Source of the DNA: an uncultured Ruminococcus sp.
GTDB taxonomy: Bacteria > Bacillota > Clostridia > Oscillospirales > CAG-272
Assembly (NCBI GenBank): GCA_964558485.1
Contig: CAZLED010000003.1
Location: 4,571 to 68,570 of the forward strand
Direction of reading: 5' to 3'
DNA: 64,000 nucleotides
The position numbers and the translations under genes were made by a program. The notes under the pieces are model-generated. The model had not been told where the DNA came from. It was given only the letters and a program-made list of their open reading frames with translations, and did no database searches. Of this stretch, positions 29,961 through 40,576 are shown one piece after another (the first letter of the stretch is position 1; each line of letters begins with the position of its first letter).

Positions 29961-31430
29961 TTATTCCTGCTCGGTTTTCTCTAGTGCTTCGTAGAACTTG
30001 TCGATGGTGGATTGCGCTGCTTGTTCGTTCTTGGCGTAGAAAGAAGCAAAGTCGGCAGAGTTTTGCTGGATCACAAGGTTGCCAACGGTGTAGAACAGGT
30101 TGTTGAACCCATTGGAAAAGCCAAAGTAGTTACCGCCGATCTCGTAGGCAATGGTGTCAAAGAGAATGTCCAACATATTCTTTGTGTCCTCGTCTCGTGC
30201 CAGCTTGCCGGACAAGGTCACATCGTAGAAGGTCGGAATGACTTCGTTTTCGCTTTCCCAAGAGAGGTATTCCAGCGTGGCTCCCACCATGTCCGGGTTC
30301 TGGATGGTCAGCGGGATGCACATGAGGTCGCCCCAATCCTGCGAGATGTAGTTTTCCTGCTCCTCGTCATATTTCGGATAGGGCAGGATCCCCACGTCGA
30401 TCTCACAATCCCGGTACACGTCCGCCATGGTCACAGCACCCAGACGGAACAAAATGCGTCCCGTGTGCATCTGGATCATGTCTTCCTCGGCAAATCCATT
30501 GGGAATAAACACCGTACCGGGGTTGGAGACCATTCTGTGCATGGATTCGATAATGTGAAAAGTCTTTTCCGTGTTCATGGCAAGCTGGATCTTCCCATCG
30601 TTGCCAAAGCGTGTGATGAATTGATCCGCACCGGTCACAAAGGGAATGTATTTGGAGGTCTCGTCGGCGGTCACACCGGCAATGTCATCGTCCTTGGTGA
30701 ATTGCCCGTCCCCATTGAGGTCCCGTGTGGCAGAGATCGCCATATCTACAAATTTGTCGATGGTCCACTTGCCTTCGTATACCAGCTCATAGGGATTGTC
30801 CATGTTGTTGTCTACGATCATTTCCTTGTTGAAGAAAACGGCATCGGGTGTGGGGATCACATAATCGGATACGCCATAGTAGGTGTTTTTCCCCAACCGC
30901 AGCATATCCATACGTTCCCGGTTCCACCAATCCGCTGTCATATCAATATTGGGCAGGGTGTCCAGGTTGTACAGCATCCCGGTGGTCACCAGTTCGGCCA
31001 CGCTTGCAATGCAGTGGATCAAGCACAGGTCGTACACATCGTCTCCGGCGGTCACGGTGTTCTTGATCTTATTCACCACCTCGGCGTATTTAAGATCCAA
31101 TTCCTGTGCGATGTCCACGTTGAGAAATTCCTCCGTTTTGATCATACGGCTGAAAATGGCATCGTTCATGGCGTCCCCGTTGGCTTCTTCGGCAAATAGA
31201 TAGTTGGAATGCCAGTCCCATGCGTTGATCAGGAAGTTAGCACCGCCAAAGTCCAGGTCTTCGGAAAGCCCGTGCATGGCTCGTGTCTCTTCGGGCTCGG
31301 TTTCGGTAACGGTGGTATCGGTGCCGGTGGTATCCGTATGGGTTGTGGTTTCGTCCTGTTCGGTTTTGCTGCAGGCTGCCATGGAAAGAAGCATAGCCAT
31401 CAGCAGCAGGGCAGCGGTGATCTTTTTCAT
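29961..31430 (-). CDS. Extracellular solute-binding lipoprotein (tandem copy 1)
   Basis: Lipobox MAAC, DFGG, WWN, GILPYPKYDE.Q and ARDED motifs. Confidence 0.88.
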   Translation of the reverse strand: MKKITAALLLMAMLLSMAACSKTEQDETTTHTDTTGTDTTVTETEPEETRAMHGLSEDLDFGGANFLINAWDWHSNYLFAEEANGDAMNDAIFSRMIKTEEFLNVDIAQELDLKYAEVVNKIKNTVTAGDDVYDLCLIHCIASVAELVTTGMLYNLDTLPNIDMTADWWNRERMDMLRLGKNTYYGVSDYVIPTPDAVFFNKEMIVDNNMDNPYELVYEGKWTIDKFVDMAISATRDLNGDGQFTKDDDIAGVTADETSKYIPFVTGADQFITRFGNDGKIQLAMNTEKTFHIIESMHRMVSNPGTVFIPNGFAEEDMIQMHTGRILFRLGAVTMADVYRDCEIDVGILPYPKYDEEQENYISQDWGDLMCIPLTIQNPDMVGATLEYLSWESENEVIPTFYDVTLSGKLARDEDTKNMLDILFDTIAYEIGGNYFGFSNGFNNLFYTVGNLVIQQNSADFASFYAKNEQAAQSTIDKFYEALEKTEQE

Positions 31431-31619
31431 AAAAATCCCTTCTTTGATTCCAGCAGAATTTGTTCAAACGTCACTATAGCATAAAATTGTGAACGGCTTT
31501 AGGGGGGGAGTGAATAAAAAATGAACAAACGAAATCTTGTGTATTTGCACAAAATTACACCTATATTTTTGTGCAAAAAAACACCGCCGATCCCCAATAG
31601 AATCAGCGGTGTGGTTATG

Positions 31620-33086
31620 TTAGCCTTCGATTTTTTCAAGAGCTTCGTAGAACTTGTCGATAATAGCTGTTGCGGATTTTTCGTTCTTGGCGTAGAAAGA
31701 GGCAAAGTCAGCGGAGTCTTGCAGGATGATCATGTTGCCGACTACGTAAAAGAGCTGGTTGAAGGCACCGGAGAATCCAAAGTAGTTGCCACCCACTTCA
31801 TAGGCTACATTGGAAAAGAGCAGGTCGAGCATATTCCGGGAGTCTTCGTCACGAGCCAGCTTGCCGGACAGGGTCACATCATAGTACGCCGGTACGACTT
31901 CGTTTTCGCTTTCCCAAGAGAGGTATTCGATCGTTGCACCCACCATTTCGGTCTGCTGGATGGTCAGCGGAATGCACATCAGCGAACCGCCATCGTTGGA
32001 GATGTAGTTTTCCTGGGCTTCATCATACTTCGGGTACGGCAGGAAACCAACGTCCACTTCACAGTCTCTGTACACGTCTGCATCCGTGATCACGCCCAGT
32101 CGGAACAAAATGCGACCGGTGTCCATCTGCACCATGTCTTCCTCTGCCATCCCATCCGGTACGAATACGGCACTGGCGGTGTTGATCATATTGTAGAGGA
32201 CCTCCAAAATGTGGAAGGTCTTCTCCGTGTACATATCCAGCTTCCGTCGTCCATCGGCTGTGGCAGAGGTCAAAAATTGTCCGGCAGCGGTCATAAACGG
32301 TACGTATTTGGAGTACTCGTTGCAGGTCATGCCCCAAACGTCATCGTCCTTGGTGTATTGTCCATCGCCGTTCACGTCACGGGATACGGTCAGGCACATA
32401 TTCGAAAACTTGTCCAGTGTCCATTTTCCTTCGTATACCAGCTCGTAGGGGTTCTCCATGTTGTTGTCCACGATCAATTCCTTGTTGAAGAAGATCGCAT
32501 TCGGCGTGGGGATCACGTAATCGGATACGCCATAGTAGGTGTTCTTGCCCAGCCGCAGCATATCCATACGGTCACGGTTCCACCATTCCGCATCCAGATC
32601 CACGTTGGGCAGGATATCAAAATTGTACAGCATCCCTCTGGAGACCAGCTCCGACACACTGGCCATGCTGTGGATCAGACACAGGTCGTACACATCGTCT
32701 CCGGCGGTCACGGTGTTCTTGATCTTGTTTACCACCTCGGCGTATTTCGGCTCCAGTTCCTGCACGATCTTGACGTTCAGAAATTCTTCCGTTTTGATCT
32801 TCCGATTGTACAGGGCATCGTTCATGGCATCCCCGGTAGCTTCTTCCGCAAACTGATAATTGGAATGCCAGTCTCGTGCGTTGATATTGAATTCCTCGCC
32901 GCCAAAGTCCAAGTCTTCGGAAAGCCCGTGCATGGGTCGGGTCTCCTCGGGCTCGGTTTCGGTAACGGTGGTATCGGTGCCGGTGGTATCCGCATGGGTT
33001 GTGGTTTCGTCCTGTTCGGTTTTGCTGCAGGCTGCCAACGAAGCCAGCATAGCTACGAGCAGCAGGACGGCAGTGACTCTTTTCAT
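31620..33086 (-). CDS. Extracellular solute-binding lipoprotein (tandem copy 2)
   Basis: Start MKRVTAVLL, lipobox LAAC. Close paralogue of copy 1. Confidence 0.88.
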   Translation of the reverse strand: MKRVTAVLLLVAMLASLAACSKTEQDETTTHADTTGTDTTVTETEPEETRPMHGLSEDLDFGGEEFNINARDWHSNYQFAEEATGDAMNDALYNRKIKTEEFLNVKIVQELEPKYAEVVNKIKNTVTAGDDVYDLCLIHSMASVSELVSRGMLYNFDILPNVDLDAEWWNRDRMDMLRLGKNTYYGVSDYVIPTPNAIFFNKELIVDNNMENPYELVYEGKWTLDKFSNMCLTVSRDVNGDGQYTKDDDVWGMTCNEYSKYVPFMTAAGQFLTSATADGRRKLDMYTEKTFHILEVLYNMINTASAVFVPDGMAEEDMVQMDTGRILFRLGVITDADVYRDCEVDVGFLPYPKYDEAQENYISNDGGSLMCIPLTIQQTEMVGATIEYLSWESENEVVPAYYDVTLSGKLARDEDSRNMLDLLFSNVAYEVGGNYFGFSGAFNQLFYVVGNMIILQDSADFASFYAKNEKSATAIIDKFYEALEKIEG

Positions 33087-33305
33087 AGTGGGATCCTCCT
33101 GTATTTTATTGCGCCCCAGTGTAGTGGCATCAGTATACCGCAAAATTGTGAACGGTTCTCGGGGGGGTAGTGAATAAAAAATGAACACGAGAAATCTTGT
33201 AGATATGCCCAAATTTCATCGGGATATCTTCTATTTTTGTGCAAAAAAACACCGCTCGTTGGGGAAGCGTTGGTTTTCCAACAAAGCGGTGTGGGTTGGC
33301 AGCGG

Positions 33306-34775
33306 TCAGCCTTCGATCTTTTCCAGACCCTTGTAGAAGGAATCGATGGTGGACATGGCCGATTTTTCTTGCTTGGCGTACCAGGAGGCAAAGTCGCCGG
33401 TACTGTTGATCACCAGCTCGGCGATGGGGTTGTACATGGAGCTGAACCCACTGGAGAAGGCGAAGTAGTTGACGCCTACCTCATAGGCGATGGTGTCGAA
33501 CAAAATGTCGATCATGGCACGGGAGTCTTCGTCTCTGGCCAGCTTGCCTGCCAGCAGCACATCGTAATAGGCCGGGATCACCGTGTCGGCACTGTACCAG
33601 GACAGCAGCTCCAGCACGGCACCCACCATGTCCGGATCCTGGATCGTGGCCGGTACTGCCATCAGACCACCCCAGTCCATGGAGATGTAATTCTCCTGTG
33701 CCGCATCGTACTTGGGATAGGGCAGGATCCCCACATCGATCTCGTAGTCCCGGAAGACCACGGCACCGGCAATGGTATCCAACCGGAACAACAGTCTGCC
33801 GGAATCAAATTCGAACTGGGCAGATTCATCCTCGGCCGTGGGCTTGAATACGGCACCGGCTTTATCCGTGAGCTTCTGCATCTTTTCGATGATGGAGATG
33901 GTCTTCTCCGTGTTCAGTGCCAGCTCTACCCGACCGCTGTCGTTCTTCTGGGTCAGGAACTGGTTACAGCCGGTCTGGATGCTCAGATACTTGGAGGTCT
34001 CCGTAGCGGACAGGCCGTAGTTGTCGGTGTCCGGATCCATTTGCCCGTCTCCGTTTACGTCTCTGGTGAAGGTCAGCGCCATATCGATCATGGTGTCCAG
34101 CGTCCATTTGCCTTCGTACACCAGCTCATAGGGATCCTCCATGCCGTAGTCCGTGACGATATTTTTGTTGAAATACACCGCATAGGGGCAGGGGATCATG
34201 TAGTCGGACACGCCAAAGTAGGTGTTCTTGCCCAGTCGCAGCACGTCCATTTGGGCCCGGTTCCACCAATCGGCAGTCAGATCCACATTGGGCAGGTTAT
34301 CATAGTTGTACAGCATCCCACCGGTGACCAGCTCGGATACGCCCTGGATGCAGTGGAGCAGGACCAGCTGGTACACGTCGTCGCCGGCGCTGATGGCCTT
34401 TTTGGCTTCGGACACTACGTCAGCGATGTATCCGGCATTGTATTGGGTCAGGTCCACGTTCAGATATTCCTCGGTTTGAATGGTACGGGTGAAGATGGCA
34501 TCGTTCATAGCGTCCCCGGTGGCTTCATCGGCAAAGAAATAGTATTGATAGCCCTGCCATTCCGGGTAGGCGATATTGAAGGTGGCGCCGCCAAAGTCCA
34601 GCGTATCCGGGATCTGGTGCATGGGTCTGGTCTCTTCTGTCTCGGTGACGGTGGTGTCGGTGGAAACGGCATTGGTGGTGTCTGCGGCGTTGGTGGTCTC
34701 TACCTCTGTTTGTCCACAAGCGGCCAGAGAGAGGAGCATCGAGAACAGCAGCAGGGTGACGGTGATCTTGCGCAT
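33306..34775 (-). CDS. Extracellular solute-binding lipoprotein (tandem copy 3)
   Basis: Start MRKITVTLL, lipobox LAAC, same motif set. Confidence 0.88.
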   Translation of the reverse strand: MRKITVTLLLFSMLLSLAACGQTEVETTNAADTTNAVSTDTTVTETEETRPMHQIPDTLDFGGATFNIAYPEWQGYQYYFFADEATGDAMNDAIFTRTIQTEEYLNVDLTQYNAGYIADVVSEAKKAISAGDDVYQLVLLHCIQGVSELVTGGMLYNYDNLPNVDLTADWWNRAQMDVLRLGKNTYFGVSDYMIPCPYAVYFNKNIVTDYGMEDPYELVYEGKWTLDTMIDMALTFTRDVNGDGQMDPDTDNYGLSATETSKYLSIQTGCNQFLTQKNDSGRVELALNTEKTISIIEKMQKLTDKAGAVFKPTAEDESAQFEFDSGRLLFRLDTIAGAVVFRDYEIDVGILPYPKYDAAQENYISMDWGGLMAVPATIQDPDMVGAVLELLSWYSADTVIPAYYDVLLAGKLARDEDSRAMIDILFDTIAYEVGVNYFAFSSGFSSMYNPIAELVINSTGDFASWYAKQEKSAMSTIDSFYKGLEKIEG

Positions 34776-34870
34776 GAAAGTATCCTCCATAAGTGAATGA
34801 ATGGGGTCGGCGGACAAAAAACTCCCGCAGGAAAAACGGGAGCTTCTTGTTATAGAGAAAGGAGATGATT

Positions 34871-35683
34871 TTATCTCTTCTTGGAAACGGCGTAACCAGC
34901 GGCGGATACGATAGCAGCAACAGCGGCTACGATACCGGCGTCGAAGGTCTGGGGAGCAGCAGGAGCTTCAACAGCAGCATCTACCACTTCAGCTTCGGTT
35001 TCAACGGGAGCTTCGGTCTCCGGTTCGGGATAAGAAACCTCGTCGTCGGAGAAGGTCAGCGTGATGTCAGCAGCCTGAGAACCGGAAGCGTAACCGGTAC
35101 CGGGGTGCGCATCGTGGGTGACCATATCGTTGACCTGCATGGACATATTGATGGTGCCGCCAACTTCCAGGTTTGCAACGGGCATAGCGTATTCTACGAT
35201 GTAACCGTCGTCGGTCTCGGAGGTAGCGTACTTGCAGTCAGCAGATTCGAAGGTGGGCGTGCCGTTTACGTTCTGTACAAAGAAGGTCAGACCGGTAGCT
35301 TCGGCGTGGGACTTCCACTTGCCGGAACCTTCGTCGTACCACAGCTCAGCGGCGTCGGCCTGCCAGTTGGTGGGGTTCGATTCGTAGACGTCGGCGCCAA
35401 CGCTGATCACATCGGAGTCGGTAACAACAACAGCAACATACAGATAGTCGTCGTCCCACAGGAAGTAGGAGGTAGCGGACATATCAACGTCACCGTCCCA
35501 GTCCCACTTGTGGAAAGCAGGGTTGCCCAGGGTCTGGGTAGCAGACTGGGTATAGATCTCGTCCAGTTCACCGTCCACAACGGGCGTACCCTTCAGCACA
35601 TCGGTGGTGTCAGCGGCAGCAACAGGAGCGATCATAGTAGCAGCCAGCATAGCGACCAGCAGCAGAGAAGCGAGTTTCTTCAT
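34871..35683 (-). CDS. Secreted DOMON/CBM9-like protein with APQTFD sorting signal
   Basis: Signal peptide, TPVVDGELD, WDDDYLYVAV.V.D, then APQTFD, a hydrophobic helix and a KKR tail. Confidence 0.72.
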   Translation of the reverse strand: MKKLASLLLVAMLAATMIAPVAAADTTDVLKGTPVVDGELDEIYTQSATQTLGNPAFHKWDWDGDVDMSATSYFLWDDDYLYVAVVVTDSDVISVGADVYESNPTNWQADAAELWYDEGSGKWKSHAEATGLTFFVQNVNGTPTFESADCKYATSETDDGYIVEYAMPVANLEVGGTINMSMQVNDMVTHDAHPGTGYASGSQAADITLTFSDDEVSYPEPETEAPVETEAEVVDAAVEAPAAPQTFDAGIVAAVAAIVSAAGYAVSKKR

Positions 35684-35887
35684 AATAGTTGTCTCCTAAT
35701 AATAGACATTTGTAATATGCAAGGCGATCGACATCCACCTGGCTATGTCAGTATTATATCATTTTTGTTAACATAAATCAATGGTCATATACAACAAGAT
35801 ATCCAGTTTTTGTTTGTGTATAGTAGACAAAACACAGCTACAAATGTGGCGGACAGTTGAGGGGAATGGCGCATTTCCTTAATATAA

Positions 35888-36400
35888 AACCAAGGGTAGG
35901 TTGACATATAGGAAAACATGGTTACGTTTCCGGGTGTCGCTACAAGAACGATATTGTACGCCGAATGTAGGGCGGGATGACAACTACTTGACAGAACCAA
36001 CAATTTGGTATTCAACATCCCGCCGTCGAATGTGTTAGACCGTACGGTATGGGTATTGGGTACACGTTCGTCCTATATCAAAATGATTTTGTATCCCACA
36101 TTGGTATCGGCTGCGCAAAATCTCAAATCAAAATGTACGTTTGCACAATACCAATATAATACAGACATAGACGTTCGGCGGCGGGATGTCGTCAGCCAAG
36201 AGTGATGAGAATACCAAGGGTAGGTCATCCCGCCCTACTTTCGTTTTACCAAAACCTTGTCGCATCAAATCCCCATATCGGAATGCACAAAAGCGGTACG
36301 TCTGGGCAGCCTGATCAAAAAACGGGATTACCAAAGCAAACGAGATTTTTCTGCTGATATCGCCCCTACAGTGAATAGTGGAGTTTTCCCAACTTCGCCG
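35888..36400. repeat. Dispersed REP/REPIN-like element, copy B
   Basis: Perfect 15-bp inverted repeat GTAGGGCGGGATGAC at 35967-35981 / 36224-36238 and the 48-nt core at 36177-36224. Colinear with the reverse complement of copy A. Confidence 0.85.
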
Positions 36401-36525
36401 TAGGTGAATGTTGATTACCCTCTGAGGACTGCCTGTACAAGGCAGTCATTCCGATACTTATCGAAAAACAAAATTGGAACAAGCCAAACGCCAGTGGAAT
36501 ACAAAAAAGGGGGTCAAGCCCCCTT

Positions 36526-38307
36526 TTATACCAGATAGCGTTTGATTTTTTTCGCCGAGGTCTTCTCGAACTCCGTCTTGCGGAACTCCAGCTTGTGGAT
36601 CTGCTTGAAGGAAGGCAGACGCTTGTTCAGCGCCGTGATCTCCTTCTGGATCTCCTTGTAGATGTCCGTGTCCACGTCGGCGAACTTTTCCGCAAAGGCA
36701 TCCTGGTTCGGGAAGATCACGGCCGTCAGCTTGGTGGAGCCGTCCTCTTCCACACGTCCTACCACCACCGATTCGGCGATCAGATCGATCTTGCCTAAGT
36801 ATTCTTCGATCTCCTCCGGGAACACGTTCTTGCCGTTGTCCAGCACGATCACCGACTTCATCCGGCCCGTGATGGTGATGTAGCCATCCTTGTCCATATA
36901 GCCCACGTCTCCGGTCCGGAACCAGCCGTCGTCCGTGAAGGCGTCTCTTGTGGCCTCCGGATCGTTGTAATAGCCCAGCATCACGTTGTCGCCTTTGACC
37001 TGGATCTCCCCGGTGATATGCCCGTCTTCCGTCAGGTCCGATCCGGTGATCCGTATGTCGCAACAGGGCACGGAGGGTCCGATGGAACCACACTTCCGCT
37101 TGAAATACGGCGTGACGGCCAGCAGCGGCGCACATTCGGTGATCCCGTACCCTTCGTACAGGGAAATGCCAAAGGATTCAAAGATCGGGATCAAAGACGG
37201 ATCCAGTGCCGCACCACCGCAGATGATCTTTTTCAGATTGCCGCCGAATGCAGCCCGCACGTCCCCAAACAGCTTGTCGGACACATCGATCCCAAACCGG
37301 TTCAAAAATCCGGCCAGCTTCAGACCACCGGTCAGCGCCTTGTCCTTGCCAGACCGCTTGGCTTCCGACAGGATCTTTTTGTACATGGTGTTCACGAACA
37401 TGGGCACCAGCACCAGACCCGTGGGCTTGTATTCCTTGAAGCTGTTCAGCACGTGCCGCAGGGAATCGTTGATGCAGATCAGACAGCCCAGGTTCACAGC
37501 CGCCATCATGCAGCACAGCTCATAGGTGTGGTGGATGGGCAGCACAGATACCAGCACGTCGTCGGAGTTGAAATCCACCGCAGCATCGGCCGAGGTGACC
37601 GCAGCGTAAATGTTCTGCTGGCTCAGCATGACGCATTTGGAGGAGCCGGTGGTACCGGAGGTGAACAGCATCTCTGCCATTCTCTTGGTATCGATGGGCA
37701 GATCCAGCAGCACCTGCCGCATGGTCGCCACGTCCACACCGGCATTTGTCCCCAGAGTCAGCAGCGTATCAAAGCCATAGCAGCTTGCCGGTGCATCTGT
37801 GGTCGGATCAAAGGAAATCGTGAAGCGCACAGACGGATGGTCAGTTGCCAGATCGTGGAAGGTGTCGTTCATGGAGGCCGAATGGATCAGGCAGATCGCA
37901 TCCACCGAGGTGAGAAAATCCCGGGTGACGGAAGGATCCAGCTCCTTGTCCATGGGGATCGCCACACCGCCGGCCAGCAGGGTACCCAGATAGGATGCGA
38001 TCCACATGGGAGACGTTTCCCCAACGATGCCAATGCGGATGTTTTCGTTCAGGTGGTCGGTGATGGTATCGTCGTATTTCTGGCAGGTGCGGATGAGACC
38101 ATCGGCGAAGCGGTACACCATGGAGGTGAATTCCGTGTAGGTCAGGGAATGCTTTTCGCCTTTTTCCTTCCAGATGAACATGGTCTTGTCACCCCAGGTC
38201 TCCAGAGATTGGCAGAACTGGGATACATTTTCTATGGTATTGTAGATCCGTTCCCGCTTCTTGTGGCTGCGGACGGTGTATTGCTTCTTCATGGCAGTAT
38301 CTCCCAT
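36526..38307 (-). CDS. Long-chain fatty acid-CoA ligase (AMP-binding)
   Basis: FTSGTTG..K, YEGYGITE and WFRTGDVG. Confidence 0.92.
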   Translation of the reverse strand: MGDTAMKKQYTVRSHKKRERIYNTIENVSQFCQSLETWGDKTMFIWKEKGEKHSLTYTEFTSMVYRFADGLIRTCQKYDDTITDHLNENIRIGIVGETSPMWIASYLGTLLAGGVAIPMDKELDPSVTRDFLTSVDAICLIHSASMNDTFHDLATDHPSVRFTISFDPTTDAPASCYGFDTLLTLGTNAGVDVATMRQVLLDLPIDTKRMAEMLFTSGTTGSSKCVMLSQQNIYAAVTSADAAVDFNSDDVLVSVLPIHHTYELCCMMAAVNLGCLICINDSLRHVLNSFKEYKPTGLVLVPMFVNTMYKKILSEAKRSGKDKALTGGLKLAGFLNRFGIDVSDKLFGDVRAAFGGNLKKIICGGAALDPSLIPIFESFGISLYEGYGITECAPLLAVTPYFKRKCGSIGPSVPCCDIRITGSDLTEDGHITGEIQVKGDNVMLGYYNDPEATRDAFTDDGWFRTGDVGYMDKDGYITITGRMKSVIVLDNGKNVFPEEIEEYLGKIDLIAESVVVGRVEEDGSTKLTAVIFPNQDAFAEKFADVDTDIYKEIQKEITALNKRLPSFKQIHKLEFRKTEFEKTSAKKIKRYLV

Positions 38308-38350
38308 TTTATGTTTCTGTTATAATAGAATGTAGAAAATCGATATCGGC

Positions 38351-38833
38351 TTACAGGGCAGCTTTCGTGGGCACGGCGTCTGTGGGCCCTTCAGAGAATC
38401 GGCTCAGACCGTTGTCCAGCTGCTCTAAGATCTGGTAAAACTGCACCAGCTGTTCGTCGGTGATCCCGGCGGTGATCTGGGCAACAGCGTCCTCTAAGAT
38501 GATCCGGATCTGACCCATGGCAGCCTTGCCGGCATCGGTCAGGATGAATTTGTTGTTGTATCGGGAACCTTCCCGGTCGCTGTAGGAAATGTAGTCGGCC
38601 CGGCACAGCTCACCGGTGACACGGGACACAAAGGCTTTGTCCACCTGGCAGTTCCGGGACAGCTCCGCACCGGTCAGCCCTTCGGGATGCTTGTCTAACT
38701 GGAACAGGCACATCAGGTGCATACTCCGCAGATCGAACCGAGCCAGCTTTTCGTTTTTGATCCGCTGCAGGCTTTTGGCGATCCGGTCGATGGCAAAGGA
38801 AAACCGCAGGAAGCGGTCGTCATAGGATAACAT
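38351..38833 (-). CDS. MarR family transcriptional regulator
   Basis: Winged-helix pattern GLTGAELSR...VDKAFVSR...LTDAG. Confidence 0.85.
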   Translation of the reverse strand: MLSYDDRFLRFSFAIDRIAKSLQRIKNEKLARFDLRSMHLMCLFQLDKHPEGLTGAELSRNCQVDKAFVSRVTGELCRADYISYSDREGSRYNNKFILTDAGKAAMGQIRIILEDAVAQITAGITDEQLVQFYQILEQLDNGLSRFSEGPTDAVPTKAAL

Positions 38834-38988
38834 GATGGGAACCTCATTGGGGAAGTAAATAATGAATAATATAGATTGATTTTACATCTTTGGTGCAAAA
38901 TCTATTTTTGAATCGAAAAAAGTATCTGCGCTTGCACCCATGTGGGGCACTCACGTGGATACCATTGTACCATAGAAAAGTTGACTTG

Positions 38989-40262
38989 TCAATGATGAAA
39001 TTGTAAACAGTATGGGAAATCATACGGGATGTGCCGGCAGAAAAAATAACTGGTCATGGAACATACCGGATAGGTGTGTACGTGCTGGAAGGATTGCTCC
39101 AGTTGTAAGAAAGATACACAACTCCAAGTAAAATTTCTGCGATACGATTCTGCTGTAGCTATCATATCATCTCCGGAAATTGTACTTTGTAGAGAGAAAC
39201 TTGCTACTGGTTCTTCGATGATCGGTGTGATTTCAACCAAACGGGATACTCGCTCCTCTGACAATACTGCTTCGTTTAGCTGAACCAATTCCATTTTATC
39301 TTCTGTTGTACGCAGATAATACACCGCACATCGATGACTTTCACTGCATTGTCAACACCTTTATACTGCTCTGGCAACGGTTGCGAACGCAGAATTTCCC
39401 CATCATAGGTCAATTCCCAAATGGATTGTTCATACACGATCCGGTAGTCTTCGTCCGAATCCACCTCAGAGATCCGTGCCACAAAGGAATCTTCCCTCAG
39501 GGTAAGCGGTTCCACACCGACAAGCATATGGGCAGAGCGTATCGGGATCGTTTTTACAGAATCATCCAGGTATGTTAGTTCCAGTTCGCACAAACCGCTG
39601 AGAAGATAATCATCTTCCAAAATTGGCGTGACGGTATAGGTTGTTCCGTCTGATAGCGTTTTTTCGGTAACCACCGTTGGTTCGGTTTCCTTTGTGCGAC
39701 CTTGCAGAGCATCTATAGAGAAAATATACGTCTTCCCACCGTCTTTGCCGGGGATGGTGATGTACAACCTGTCATCCCGAATGGAAAAATCGGAGACGCT
39801 GTCCATCTCATTCCATGGTGAAACATCCAAAAGGACACGGCTTTCAGCTGGTGTTACACAGTATACTTTCATATCCGTACCAATGGCGTACAGTTCTCCA
39901 TCCTGCACAGCAATATGTTCTGCTACAAATCCGTCCAGTAGGTACCGGTCTACCAGTTTATTATCTGCATATACCAATACTGTATTGGTGCCGGAATCCA
40001 GCAGGTAGATGTTGTCTCCATCGATGGCATAATCCTCTGGACCGTAGATAGTACCGTGCACATCGGTTACATAACCAAGCGACTCTGTAGTGCGAGACAC
40101 AGAAGAATTGTCATACACATTTTCTGCGTTGGCGAAAGTTCTGCTTTCCATAGACACGGTCAGGATAGAATTGGATTCAAATGCATCTGCTAATACGGGT
40201 ATAGCGACTAGAGCCAGCAATAGGGCAAGGCATGAGCCACAGGAGAGATGTGTTTTGATCAT
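38989..40262 (-). pseudogene. Secreted beta-propeller-like protein, frameshifted near 39332 and apparently 3'-truncated
   Basis: RBS AGGAGG and ATG at 40262, signal peptide, GPEDYAIDGDNIYLLDS. The frame switches at VKVID/VYYLRTTED. Confidence 0.55.
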
Positions 40263-40294
40263 ATGATACCTCCTTTTTGTGTTATTGTATGTCC

Positions 40295-40482
40295 AAAAAA
40301 CAAAAAAGCGCATAGATCGTCTCAATTGTTTGAACAACCTATGCGTCAACGGAAGTGAATTTCAACGGATATTGCACCGTTCCATGGAGTTTTCGACACC
40401 AAGGGTGCGTTGGCATAGGTCGTTCATACAGGGAGACACGATAGAAAATCATTATTATACCACACCAACCTCTGCGTGTCAA
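40295..40482 (-). promoter_or_regulatory. Promoter plus leader with a terminator/antiterminator pair
   Basis: TTGACA-17 nt-TATAAT at 40482-40454. Terminator stem CGCATAG/CTATGCG plus a U-tract. 40413-40442 is complementary to 40316-40344. Confidence 0.55.
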
Positions 40483-40576
40483 TTGTGTACTTTTACAAAA
40501 TTACTATATTACAATTGTACATAACCAACAAAAGTACGCCCATATCCTGCGACATAAGCGTACTTTTTCATAAATA

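Noticed and set aside
29796-29967. Possible mini CRISPR array
   Set aside because: Only two full repeats, very unequal spacers, overlap with a stop codon and no cas genes.
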